Assembly (NCBI GenBank): GCA_023213395.1 | Contig: CM041465.1 | Span: 130,889,741-130,953,740 of the forward strand | Origin: Cycas panzhihuaensis | Taxonomy: Eukaryota; Plantae; Cycadophyta | Length of the DNA stretch: 64,000 nucleotides | Direction of reading: 5' to 3' | Part shown: in pieces, positions 41,391 to 53,664 of the stretch | Layout: every line of letters starts with the position of its first letter | How positions within the stretch are numbered: position 1 is the first letter of the stretch | Translations under genes and position numbers: made by a program | The notes under the pieces: model-generated | Database searches by the model: none | The model's input: the letters and a program-made list of their open reading frames with translations, nothing else | Told to the model about the DNA's origin: nothing

Positions 41391-41693
41391 TGTTAGAGTA
41401 TAATGTTTAATGTTGTATGGTTAAGTAAAGTGTGTCCTAGGATTAATAGTCATAGTCCTAAGTCTTAGAGTCCAAGAGTCATTTATCATTATAACATTGT
41501 GTGAGAAGATAGAAGCTTATTGGTCAAGTTAGTTGGTGTAATGTCATTGGTCAGGGTAAAGGTATTTGTTCCACATGCATTACATGTCTTGTATGGTCTT
41601 CCACCTATTTTGTATATAAAGGTGGTTGAGGTAGTATATGTCACAAGGTAATCATCAAGGCTCATGTTGAGTCTATGGTGCTTTGGTATGTTT

Positions 41694-44600
41694 TGTTGAG
41701 ATATAATGTTTTATCTAGGAAAGAAAGGGGGCCATGTTAGGCCCACCCTTTAATGTACTCATAAGATCGTGCCACTTGGCAGTATCCGAGTGATCGGTTA
41801 CATTAGAAGTTGTAACCATCACATCATTGTTGTATATTTAAGAAGATTGAATCTCAATAGAAATCAAGTACTCTCTTTTCTCTGTTTAAGTTTTGCTCTG
41901 ATTTTTCAACATGGTATCAGAGCAGGCCAGTTTAATCTGATTCCTCTTCTAGTGAATTTCCTCTGTCAAGGCATCTCAGTCAAGAGTGCAAAAAGGAGAC
42001 AAAGCAGTAGGTTGTTTTTGCAAGTCAAAGATCATTATTTTCTTCAGTGTACGGAACCGTACGGATCTGTACGGACGTGTACGGACAAAAAATTTTCGAA
42101 GTGCTCGGATCGAAGCCAAATTTGGTGGGAATATAGATTAGAGGACGCTGAACGTATTTCTCTTACGAGCGAGTTAAATGCGAGACCGTTTTGCAGGCCA
42201 AAAGGCCCTCGAACCAGTCCGTGCGGGATTGAGGAGATTTTTCTCAAAAAATTCATCGATCTGCTCTCAATGTCGGGTAAATTCTGTCCTAAACTCTTCT
42301 TAGTGACAGTACATGAAGATTCCAGGCCGATTCGAAGGATTTCTTTCAGTATTTTCATAGATTTTTCCTCAAAACCGATTTTTGCCCTAGCCGCCGATTT
42401 TCGTTCTAAGCCAGATTTCTCTCTTCTGAGAAATTTTTTTGAAAAACGGTCTTCAGTTTTGGAACAGGCCGAGAAAGCTTTGATTTGAGGTACACTTGTA
42501 TTTTGATCAGACACCTAGGGTTCCAGATGGAATTCGTGACAAATGCATTTGAATGCACCTTCAAACTGTTTTTTAACCTGGAAAATAATGTCTTCCTCTC
42601 TCATCACTCTACCTGAACCAGAAAAATTAACTGGTTCAAATTATCATGTATGGAAAATCAAAATGGAAACAATTTTGAGGATGAAAAATGCTTGGGAAAT
42701 TCTTTGAAGGGACGTAAAAACGTCCTTCTGTTGGTGATGATAAGCTAGGAAATTGGATTGAAAGAAATAATACGGCTAGTCTCATTTTAAAAATGTCTAT
42801 TTCAGACTCTGTCCTTATTTATGTCGAGAAATTGAATCAGGCTTTTGAAATCTGGAAATGCCTGGAAAATTTATACGGACAAAAGAATAAGGCAAGAATA
42901 ATTGCACTCAAAGAAGAGTTGTACAAACTTCACATGAAAGAAAATGAAGAGGTAGAAGAATTTATGCATAAAATCATTCGTGAGGAATAATCTCTTGAGT
43001 GCTGGAGGCATAATATCTGAACAAGATCTTGTGGAAATTGTAACAGCAAGGTTGCCAAAGTCATTTGATACAATTGTCAACACTATCACTGTCAGTGATA
43101 GGTTAGACAAATTAACTCTTGATGAATTGACAGGTTTGCTGCTAAGATAGGAACAAAGAAACAAAAGATACGAAAACACGATAGAATTGGAGGATGCATT
43201 TGCATCCAGACTGAATCTCGGGCCAAGAGGAAGACAACAATTTCGAGGACCAAGCAGAACATCAGACTCCAGAGGACGAGGACGCTGGCAAAATTCCAGA
43301 GGACGAGGACGCGGCAGAGAAAACAGAATATGCTACAACTGTGGAAGAACTGGACATTTCGTCAGCAGTTGTAGAATCTTTGACATATGTCTTGCCATCA
43401 TGACAAAGTGGACACTATCCATATCAGTGCGCACAAAGACGAAGTGAAATTCATAAAGGAAAACAACCTATTGGCGGATACAACAAAGAAAAGGATGAAG
43501 AAGAAGAAGAAGAAGAAGAGCGGCCTTCATCACAAAGATTGGTTACCGGAATGAAAGACAAAGACATATGGTACATAGATTCAGGAGCCTCTTAACATAT
43601 GACAAGTTGGGAAGAATGGTTCCAAACCATGAATCCATACAATATGGACAAGTCAGTAGAGCTGGGTGACAAGTATTCCCTTAATATAAAAGGGATTGGA
43701 ACCATTTCAGTAAACCTGGATGGAAATGAAAAAAGAATTGGAAATGTTCTATTTGTACCAGATCTGAAAATGAATCTCCTCTCTGTCTCACCGAGCAAAA
43801 GGGTTTGAGAACCATTTTGATGAAGAAGGGAATTGCCACATTTTGGATATGAAAAAAGATGGAAAAATTGTTGGAAAAGGAGTCAGATGCAATGATCTTT
43901 ACAAACTCATGTCAGATCCTGTACTTCCTTATCTGGAAGAAAAAGCTTGTACTGTTTCTAAATCTAATAATAAAGCATGACATTTAAGGTATGGGCATCT
44001 TTCAATTGATACACTTAAACAAATGGAAAAGTCAGGAATGGTAAATGGTCTACCTAACATTTCTTCAGATACCTTTGTTTGTAAAGGTTGTCAACTTGGG
44101 AAACAACACAGACTTCCTTTTAAAGAAAGCACTTGGAAAGCTCAGTCTAAATTAGAATTGATACACACTGACATCTGTGGTCCAATTTCACCTCTGACAA
44201 TTAATGGATGCAGATACTTCCTAACTTTCATTGATGGCTTCACTCGGAAGGTTTGGGTATATTTCTTATAAAATAAGTCAGAAGTTACTTCAGAAGATCA
44301 AGAAACTGAAGAAGGAAATGATTCAGAAATCACTTCAGAAGAAGGACAAGGTGAGTCATCGTCAATTAGTCAAGTATCAGGAGACACCATCGAAAAAGAA
44401 GATCCACAGAATCAGAAAAAGTTGCCAAAATGGTATATCAAAATAGTTGAAGAAGGAAATATAATAGAACAGAAAACCCGGGGACAAAGGTCAAGAGCTC
44501 TTCTAAGCAAAGTTGAACCACAAAATTTTGAAGAAGCAAAAGATCATCAAGAATGGAGAGAAGCAATGGACAATGAAATAAATTCAATCAGGAAAAATCA

Positions 44601-46261
44601 AACATGGGAATTAGTAGAACTACCTGCTAATAAATCCACTGTAAACTGCAAATGGGTTTACAAAACAAAGAAAGGAGTAGATGGCAAAATTGAGAAACAC
44701 AAGGCCAGGTTAGTTGCAAAGGGATATACTCAAACAGCAGGTGTAGATTTTGATGAGACCTTTTCTCCAGTAGCAAAGATGAACACAGTAAGGACAGTAA
44801 TAGCCTTGGCAGCTGCCCAAAGTTGGAAAATCTCTCAGATGGATGTAAAGAGTGCCTTCTTAAACGGCGAGCTAGAAGAAGAAGTCTATATGCAACAACC
44901 AGAAGGATATCTTTGAACGAGGACGGAGAATCAGTACGCAAATTAAAAAGGTTTTGTATGGTCTAAAACAAGCGCCACGTGCCTGGTATGCAAAATTAGA
45001 TCACTTTCTTGAAGAGAATAAGTTTATTCGGTGCAACTCAGACTCCAGTTTGTACACAAGAAAAATGAACAACAAGATAACAATAATTGTTGTCTATGTA
45101 GATGATATGCTCCTTACTGGGAATGATGTAGAAGGAATTAAGTGGATCAAAGGTCAACTTCAGCAGAAATTTGAAATGACTGACTTGGGTTCACTAAATT
45201 ATTACTTGGGACTGGAGATAGGTCAACATCAAAACTACATAACCTTGTCCCAAAGTAACTACATCAAAAATCTGCTTGTTCGATTTTAGATGGAGAATTG
45301 CAATCCATGCACAACACCCATGGAAACAAATTGTGATCTAACAGTAGATAGTATGGAAAAGGATGCCGATGCTACTGCAGGACAAATGATTGGAAGTCCG
45401 ATTTATTTGATGACCAGGCCCGATATATCCTACTCAGTAGGACTAATATCAAGATATATGTAGAATCCAAAATTGAGACACTGGCAAGCCGCAAAAAGAA
45501 TTTTGAGATATCTGAAAGAAACAACAGATCTCAAGTTAGTATACTCAAAGGGGCATCCGATCGAAATAACAGGGTACTGCGATTCTGATTGGGCTGGTGA
45601 CAAAGAACAAAGAAAATCAACAAATGGATATTGTTTTTTCTTAGGAGCTTCAGCAATCTCATGGTGCAGTAAGAAACAAGCTACAATAGCTCTTTCCTCT
45701 ACTGAAGCAGAATATAAAGCAGCCACATTAACAACCTGTGAAGCTGTTTGGTTAAGACAACTTTTGCTTGACTTGAATGAACAGTAGAAAGGAGCAACTT
45801 CTCTGAAATGTGACAACCAAAGTGCCATCAAGCTGACCAAAAATCCAATTCTGCATGCAAGAACAAAACATATTGAAGTTCATCATTTTATAAGAGAAAA
45901 AGTGCAGAATAAAGAGATAGACTTGGAATATTGTCCCACATCCGAGCAAGTTGCAGATCTCCTGACAAAGCCTCTTGGGAGAGAAAGGCTCAAATATTTA
46001 AGAGACAAGATAGGACTATTAGAGATAAAACATTAAGAGGGGGTGTTGAGATATAATGTTTTATCTAGGAAAGAAAGGGGGCCATGTTAGGCCCACCCTT
46101 TAATGTACTCATAAGATTGTGCCACTTGGCAGTATCCAAGTGATCGGTTACATTAGAAGTTGTAACCATTACATCATTGTTGTATACTTAAGAAGATTGA
46201 ATCTCAATAGAAATCAAGTACTCTCTTTTCTCTGTTTAAGTTTTGCTCTGATTTTTCAACA
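41694..46261 (+). mobile_element. Ty1/Copia element B lacking the integrase core, inserted in the 5' LTR of H
   Basis: TSD TGTTT. 218-bp LTRs at 41694-41911 and 46044-46261 with 4 transitions. PBS TGGTATCAGAGC at 41912; PPT CATTAAGAGGGGG. Confidence 0.96.
42588..46030 (+). pseudogene. Disrupted gag-pol of B
   Basis: KLTGSNYHVWK, CYNCGRTGH, WYIDSGAS and FIDGFTRKVWVY, then a jump to the linker. RT YVDDM and RH YCDSDWAG are present. Confidence 0.93.
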
Positions 46262-47334
46262 TGTTTATGCATTTTGATCACATTGGGTTATTATACTTTG
46301 ATCTTTGTTCATTGATTGATGATGTTGGTGATGAATGCTTTCCATGTTATAATTTAACATGGTATCAGAGCAGGTTGCGTGTTGAGGGCGTTGTGGTGCT
46401 GGGTCACCAAGTTTTAGTCAAGGAAGGAGGTAGCTTTGTTGGGTCAGCGGCCAGACTGAGGATTCAAATTGGGAAGGTGAGATCCCAAGGTCATTAATAT
46501 TGCAAGGTGTGCATTATGGTGATGCAAGGCAGAATTTTACTAGCAGATTAAGAACTGTTGTAAGAAGGAGATCGAGAGAGGAGAAGTCTAGTAGAGGATA
46601 AAGCATTCAAGCAAGGAGGTGGCTTCATTAAGCCATCACCAGATTGAGATCGAATTGAAGAGAAGTTCAAGACCTTATTAATACAAAGTGAGCCATGTTG
46701 GTGTGAACTAGGAATTTCACCAGGTAATATCACTCCTTTGTTGTATTATTTGTATTAGGGTTATTTTGAAGTCAAGGCCAACATGTATGGAGAAACAATG
46801 ACTTTTGAAGTTGTCTGAGGGATTGATGTGTGGAGGATATTTGTTGGATCCATATTTTGCCTACTATGCCATGCCTGTAAGAAATCTGCGTGCCTATGGT
46901 TGTTAGTTTCTTGCATTGATTTAGGGCTTGATGAAACCCTAACCCCATGCCTGTTACAAGTAAGTGTCAAGGTGAGAGAGGCTTCTGTCCCATTAGCATT
47001 GTGCAGAAAGATTATGGTTGGGCTGCGTGAATGAATGATTGCCCAAACTCCTTGTAGGAGATTCGTTTGCATAAAGGAGGTATTTGTGTGGAAGTTGATA
47101 TGCTTGAAAAGGGGAGAAGCGAATGCTCATGATGCAGTGGTCGCTCGGATAGTAGTCCCTGTATGGTAATCTGCAGCTCTCTTTCTCTCTCTCTCTCCCT
47201 TTGTTGAATAGGAAAGGGTGTCCGTCCTTCACAACCCACTCGTTGTCATTAGCAGTTGACTGGTGATGAAAGTTTGATGGCAGTGATCCGTGGTATATAA
47301 AAAAAATAAAAAAGGGGAGGGGGGGGGGGGGCGT

Positions 47335-47530
47335 TGATTGAACTATACCAGCAGAAGAATGAAAAAGTGGACAATGAAACTGAGGCAAACCTGAGCAACT
47401 GGTCTTCCAAGTAATTTCAGTACTGCATCTAATTGATTGTTGATCTTAAGTTACAAGCTCTCGTTGAATACTGGATTTCTTTCGCCTCCATTAACTATAC
47501 GAGTGGACAATGCTTCCTCTGGATTGCTGC
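47335..47530 (-). pseudogene. Captured, internally deleted fragment of a host C2-domain protein gene within H
   Basis: The minus strand reads SNPEEALSTRIVNGGERNPVFNESL*LKINNQLDAVLK / NYLEDQLLRFASVSLS / LFHSSAGIVQ. These three blocks are collinear with the plant C2 family motif STxIINGGGRNPVFNE...NYLEDQLLGFALVPLS...LFHSPAGxVQL (from recall). Confidence 0.8.
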
Positions 47531-48732
47531 ACCAAGACTTAGTGTTTCGTAGTAATCTGCCGATCAAGACTGAGAGTAGAGTCAGAGTCATCACCTGTCC
47601 GTTCAAGTAACAAGCCGAGGAGATGCACTCCACCAAACCTCTGATTTGCCAAGCTGATTGTTGTGAAATTTCATGGTGACCTTATTCTCTTTGCTCGGAC
47701 CCTAGTCGATTGGTATTGATAAACGCAAGTATTGAAGACTGGTTGCTTCTCAACCTCTGGTCACGTGTTTGGCTCCTTGTGTTGGCCATCTCCCATCTTA
47801 AGACTTGATACAACGAACCTGCGCAATAAGAGAGGGTCATCATCCTTTTGAATGCTAGTGGGACTGCATGCGAGCACATCTATGGTCACACAACCAAGAG
47901 AAGAATTGGGTTTCCAGCCATATTCGACTTATTCAAGCCATTGACATTTATGCCGGAGTTTATTCATGCCTACCCCGCAAGAACTTTGCACTACCTCAAC
48001 TTTGCTCAAACTACAAGATCGACGCTTCTGTACTAACGTGGCCTCCGCTTGATTGAAGTTCAGGTCACACATTGTAAGTGCAGGTGTAAAGAAAGGACCC
48101 GCAGCTACTGCTCTGTTGGCATGTTGTCGAAACAGGAGTCCAGTGGCATTCGTCGAAAGAAGAGTAACCATAATCTCCATTGTCGTTTAGAGGAGAAACC
48201 GTTGCTCATCTGGTTAGGGTTTCATTGCTAATGCTTTTATATCCTTTTGATAAACTGATTTGAATAAGTTGGTCGGGTCCGCGGGTGCATAATAGAATAA
48301 GGAGGAAGCCCGCCCATTTATTAATCAATTGCAATTGATATATTAAGGCACCATTGATATATGAGGTCGCTATATGAACTTAAGCATTTTATGACTATTT
48401 ATTTTGATCACAGATTAAATCTGCCCTTAGTGTTATATACTTTTTCTTCAGTAGATATGATTTTGTTGGGTGATGACATAAGGTGATTAATTGGTGAGTA
48501 AGGGCAAGTTTTGGACTAGAGTTATTAATGTGAATGATGAATTTTATTAATTGACAAAGGGCAAATTATTTGGTAGAGACACTTGAGTTAAGTGGCTTTG
48601 AGATGACTGTGTTGATGTGAAATGAAGAGATAATCTTGGGTAATATTCTCAAGTTGGGTAATATTCTCAAGTTTCAACTCAACGGAGTTAAGTGAAATCA
48701 TTACCTTTGTAATAGAGAAAAAGGAATTCTAG

Positions 48733-49281
48733 GTGACAGGCACCAACATAACTCTACCTAAATATGTTGGAATTAATTTTCGAATATGGAAAATCAAAAT
48801 GGAATGTGTCTTTAGAATAAAAGGATTATGGAACATTGTGTGTGGAAGAGTTTTAATTAATGAAGAAGGGGAGGTAATCTTCAAAAAGAAAAATAGGGTA
48901 GCTGTTGATGCAATGGTTGCAGCTTTCGACAAGGAGAATCTTCATCCTTCATACCACTTCCTTGTCCAAACTCTTCAAAATATCGACTCGGCTAAAGATG
49001 CTTGGAATCTGTTGGCAGAAGTAAATGAAGAAGGCCCTGAAGAAGTGCAGAAGAATATCAGGAGGATAAGGAACCAAAGGAAGAAGTTAAAAAAGAAAGC
49101 CAAAAATCAACTTGATTCTGGTAAGGACAATCCTCACATAGATATTACAAAAGCAAATGAACAGAAGTTTGATAATCTTTGCCCAAAATCTAATGAAGAC
49201 CTCACCAAGATGACAAAAAACCTCGCACCTAGGATTGATGGAAAAATGGAAGTTGAAGAACCTGAATTTCAACCTCTATAG
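48733..49281 (+). CDS. Copia-type Gag N-terminal ORF of H, followed by decayed acidic frames to ~50466
   Basis: LPKYVGINFRIWKIKMECVFRIKGLWNIVCG and SAKDAWNLL motifs; basic NLS-like tract RRIRNQRKKLKKKAK. Confidence 0.7.
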   Translation: MTGTNITLPKYVGINFRIWKIKMECVFRIKGLWNIVCGRVLINEEGEVIFKKKNRVAVDAMVAAFDKENLHPSYHFLVQTLQNIDSAKDAWNLLAEVNEEGPEEVQKNIRRIRNQRKKLKKKAKNQLDSGKDNPHIDITKANEQKFDNLCPKSNEDLTKMTKNLAPRIDGKMEVEEPEFQPL

Positions 49282-51832
49282 GTAATTCTTCATGGAGACA
49301 CAAACACCTTGACAAAAGGTATGAGCAATATTGTCCTAGTTTGTATTGACAGATTTGTAGCCAGGATTCAAATGAGGTTGGGATACACATTGATATGTAC
49401 ATGTTGGAGACTACCTATGATTGCACTCAATTCGGTCACATCTTCTATCTTTATCTTTGAAAGAATCCAAATAGTGGCAGCGTATCCTACAACAATTCTA
49501 GAAGGCTCTTTTAAGGAAGGAAGGATCATAGGAATGATATTATATGATCAAAATCTTGGTTGTCAAGATCATAGTATATTTTGGATAGGCTACTTGATCA
49601 TAAGGTTCAATCATATTGAAGTAATGTCTCATCTTTGTATAACCATAATCGAAAAGTATGTACATGTAGTCATCATGGAAATACTCATTATACTTGGTTC
49701 AATGAATTTCTTGGGAGATATGGAGAAAATAGGGCATCTTGTTAGTCATGCACATATAACTGAACAGGCTACAGGTAACTATGATGAAGCAATTGAAACT
49801 CATCTTGATGAATTCATTGCTTCAGGGAAGGATGATCTTATCAAAGATAGTGAAGTAGAGTCTGTTTGTTCATTTGGCGATCTTGTTGAACTCATTTTTG
49901 ATTCAGATATTAGTTGCACTCTAAATTGCTCACAAATCGATGAAGATCTTGTTGAAGAGAAACATATGCAGGATGAAGATATTCATGCTTATGTCTTAAA
50001 TGATGTTGACTTATAAAACATTGATGATGATAATGATGATGCTCATAATGATGGCCTATACAATGTTCATACTTCAAGTGATGTTGTCTCACCATTTGAT
50101 GACTTGCCGTCATATATGGATATTGATGATATTGTCAACTTATTTCCAATTGCTAACGTTTATTTTTCTGATCACTCACATGCTAAAGAAAGTGGAAGCA
50201 AAGAGGTGGTAACTAGAATTCTGATGGAAGACATATTTGATGAACACCTTGAAGAATACATGCAGAAACACCTGACAGGTCCTCACCAAGCACGGGTCAA
50301 CTCAAGCTTGATCTATTACACATTTTGTGCAATAAAGGGTTCCCAATTGCACATGAAGACAAAGTTTAAGAACCGTCATTCTAAAGGTCTGCTCCAAAGG
50401 CGACATCGCAGGATTGAAGACCAAGATCAAGTCCAAGACATTGTGTTCAAGACCTTTCCAAGATGAAGACGCTGTAAATTCAAAGAAGGCAAAGTACATG
50501 TTGATCAAATTAGAGTCCATGTTTAATGTCCTAAGTCCATTGTCAAGTGTCATGTTAGTCTTTAGTATTCAGTCATTTTTTGTAATCTTGACATTAAACA
50601 TTAAGGGGAGGTGTTAGAGTATAATGTTTAGTGTTGTATGGTTAAGTAAAGTGTGTCCTAGGATTAATAGAAATAGTCCTAAGTCTTAGAGTCCAAGAGT
50701 CATTTATCATTATAATATTGTGTGAGAAGGTAGAAGCTTATTGGTTAAGTTAGTTGGTGTAATGTCATTGGTCAGGGTAAAGGTATTTGTCCCACATGCA
50801 TTACATGTCTTGTATGGTCTCCCACCTATTTTGTATATAAAGGTGGTTGAGGTAGTATATGTCACAAGGTAATCATCAAGGCTCATGTTGAGTCTATGGT
50901 GTTTTCGTATTTTTATGTATTTTGATCACATTGGGTTATTATACTTTGATCTTTGTTCATTGATTGATGAGGTTGGTGATGAATGCTTTCCATGTTATAA
51001 TTTAACAGTATTCAACATCGACTAGAAGCAAATTTAGCTCTCAATGAAAATCAACAACATGCACAATGGGTCATGGATACAATACAACAACAAAGAAAAA
51101 AATGGCACGACAGAAGTTTGCATCTGAAGATATTCAAAGAAGGAGATCTGGTGCTTAAATATGATGGCAAGCATTTTATAAAACCATGCAAGCTAAAAAT
51201 TAGGTAGCTTGGTCCTTTTATAGTTAAAAAAAAAAAATTGAAAATGGTTCAGTCGAAATAACACATATCAATAATGATAGACAAACAATTATGGTGAATG
51301 GATCAAAATTAAAACCATATAAAATCAAGGCGGAAGCATACGATCAAGATGTCATGGTAAAGGACAACAATGACAACAACAATAAGGATCAATGAATGTT
51401 CCAAATAGGACACTAGCCTCCACCAGAACTCCATAGTTATTTAAGCTGGAGTAGCACTGGACACCTTGTTTCAATTTCAAATGCATAAATTGCGCATTTA
51501 GAAACACACACAAAAGAAAATCATATGTAAAAAAAAAGAAGAAGAAGAAAGAGATGGCAGATCGGCCGGCTGCCGGCTGCGCATGATTGACTGGCACTTG
51601 GCCGACCTGCGATTTTCGCCCAAACCAAGCTTCAAAAACCAAGGGCAATGGCCCATGGTTTGATCAAACCTGGATGGACAACCCACAGATTTCACTAAAT
51701 CCATGGGCTGGCCACCATTATAAATTGTTGGTTCCCTAATTATTTTTCTCACAACAATTCTTCTTGCTCTTCGTTAGAAAGAAGGGGTACGGTTTGGAGA
51801 TATAGATAGACGACAGAAGAAGGATTGAAGTC

Positions 51833-53664
51833 ATGTTTGGATTCGCAAAGTTTGCCCAGACTATCTTATTGTTTTCAGCAGGGCAATCACAGAAAATTGT
51901 GGAAGAGGAGGTAGAAATTCCATTCGAGATTGAGGGACGTCAGATTAGATGGCAAATACTGGTCTCACCAGTGTTACACAAATGGTTAGAGTTGGAGGCT
52001 GAAGATTGTAATGCCTTGTTAAAAGCACAATTAACAAGCGCAAGGATCGTTCAAGCCATCTCATTTCCAACCTTCTCCAAGAACTCAAAGAAACTATAAG
52101 ATGTACTATAGGGATACAACCCCATGGATCGGGTGTTAACAATTAATGGAAAATTTATAAGAATGGAGACAGAAGATATAGCAAGGCTAACGGGATTCTC
52201 GAAGGAAGGACATGGAAAATTTATAAGAATGGAGACAGAAGATATAGCAAGGTTTAACAGGATTCCCAAAGGAAGGACATGAAGTCAAGAAAACAGGGAA
52301 CTTAATGGTTGTAATGAAGGATTAGATCATCCAGACGACATGTAGGGAAGAATTTCATACCAAGTATGGAGGACGAGGCATTCCAGTAATGCACTTAAAG
52401 ACCACAATTGTGATGGTCATCGCAACAATTATGTGTACAAGGCTTTTGGGGGAGCAACGTTGCAATGCATTGCCATGGTGGACTGCACCATATCTTCAAG
52501 GGCTCATGAAGGGAACAATTTATAATTGGTCAGCTTTCATTTTGGAGAAGATGAAAGCATCATTACATCAGCTTATTGCAGGGACTCAATCAAGTTTTTA
52601 TTTTACCATGTATTTATTAGGGCTATGAAATTCCATTTACCAGTATTAGCAAGAAGCCCAACAATTTTGTTGCTCTTTGCATTTCATAAGGATTCATCTA
52701 CGCCGAGGGAAGTTTGACTGAAAGTCCTAAAGGAGGGCAGAACAGAGTAGACAAAGAAACGTAAAGTTGTAACGATATGTGGAATAGATGAATCTTCGTT
52801 GGTCTCTTTTAATGACTTGGATGAAGACTATATTGTAGACTATTTCGATCTTAGTTCAAGCGGGGAGAGGGATGAAGAAATTGAAGAGGGCAATGAATTT
52901 GTACCTACTATGGATGAATATACTCATGTTGTACTGGATCTAAATGTTCTGACATCTCCCACTATTGACAGTGAAGTTGCGAGATATGAATTAATGGGAG
53001 CATTAGGAGTAGATGTTCCGCCTAGACCAGAGTTGGAACCAGACAAGGGGTCAGAACCAGAAAAAGGGCAGGAAGGAACAGTTTCCATTAGTTTTCAGAC
53101 CATGAGAGCTCAACATGCACGCATGGTGAGTGCATACCGAACATAGTTGGAAGCACAAGGATCATTTTTGAAGATAATGGAGGATAATTTTTAGAAGATA
53201 AACAGTCATGATCAACTACAGAAGGAATTACAGGAAGCAAAAGAATCATTGTGGGAAACGAAAGAGTTGTTGTGGAAAAGAGAAAGCGAATATGGTCAAT
53301 TACTAAAAACAAATGAAGAAATGTATAATCAAGTGGTCTGCCATATTCGACGAATCAACACCTTCGTCAAAATGAGGAGCGACTTCACCAAAATGAGGAA
53401 CGATTCCAAATTTTGGAACAACGGGTCAAAGATTTGTCAAACCAACTTGAAGATGAAAAAGCACGCCATGAAAGAATACTCCAATTTGTTGAAGTAGTTA
53501 GCCGTGAAAATCGAAAATGGCGACGCAAAGCAAGATTAGATCCTATTTATTCTAAAGCATTTCTAGTCTCATCCTTAGTTCTAGTTCAAGTTCCAGCTCA
53601 AGATGCAGTTTCAGATCCTACTCAAGCCACTCAAGTCGTAGATCCAACAACTACTTCTGAGTGA
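51833..53664 (+). pseudogene. Accessory ORF between IN and the 3' LTR of F (Athila-ORF/plant-transposon-protein-like domain, acidic tract, coiled coil)
   Basis: Sense-strand fragments in series, including GTIYNWSAFILEKMK, an acidic region and a heptad-rich C-terminus. A ~65-bp internal duplication lies at ~52147-52280. Confidence 0.65.

Larger units (their letters stand above)
41391..51007 (+). mobile_element. Non-autonomous LTR element H (TR-GAG/LARD-like; no PR, RT, RH or IN), inserted in the integrase of F
   Basis: TSD GTATT. 396-bp LTRs: 41391-41693 plus 46267-46359, and 50612-51007, with ~13 differences (~3%). Met PBS at 46360-46371; PPT TTAAGGGGAGG at 50601-50611. Confidence 0.93.

Noticed and set aside
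41769-42514. 239-aa (+) and 156-aa (-) ORFs
   Set aside because: They run through the LTR, PBS and leader of B; chance frames.
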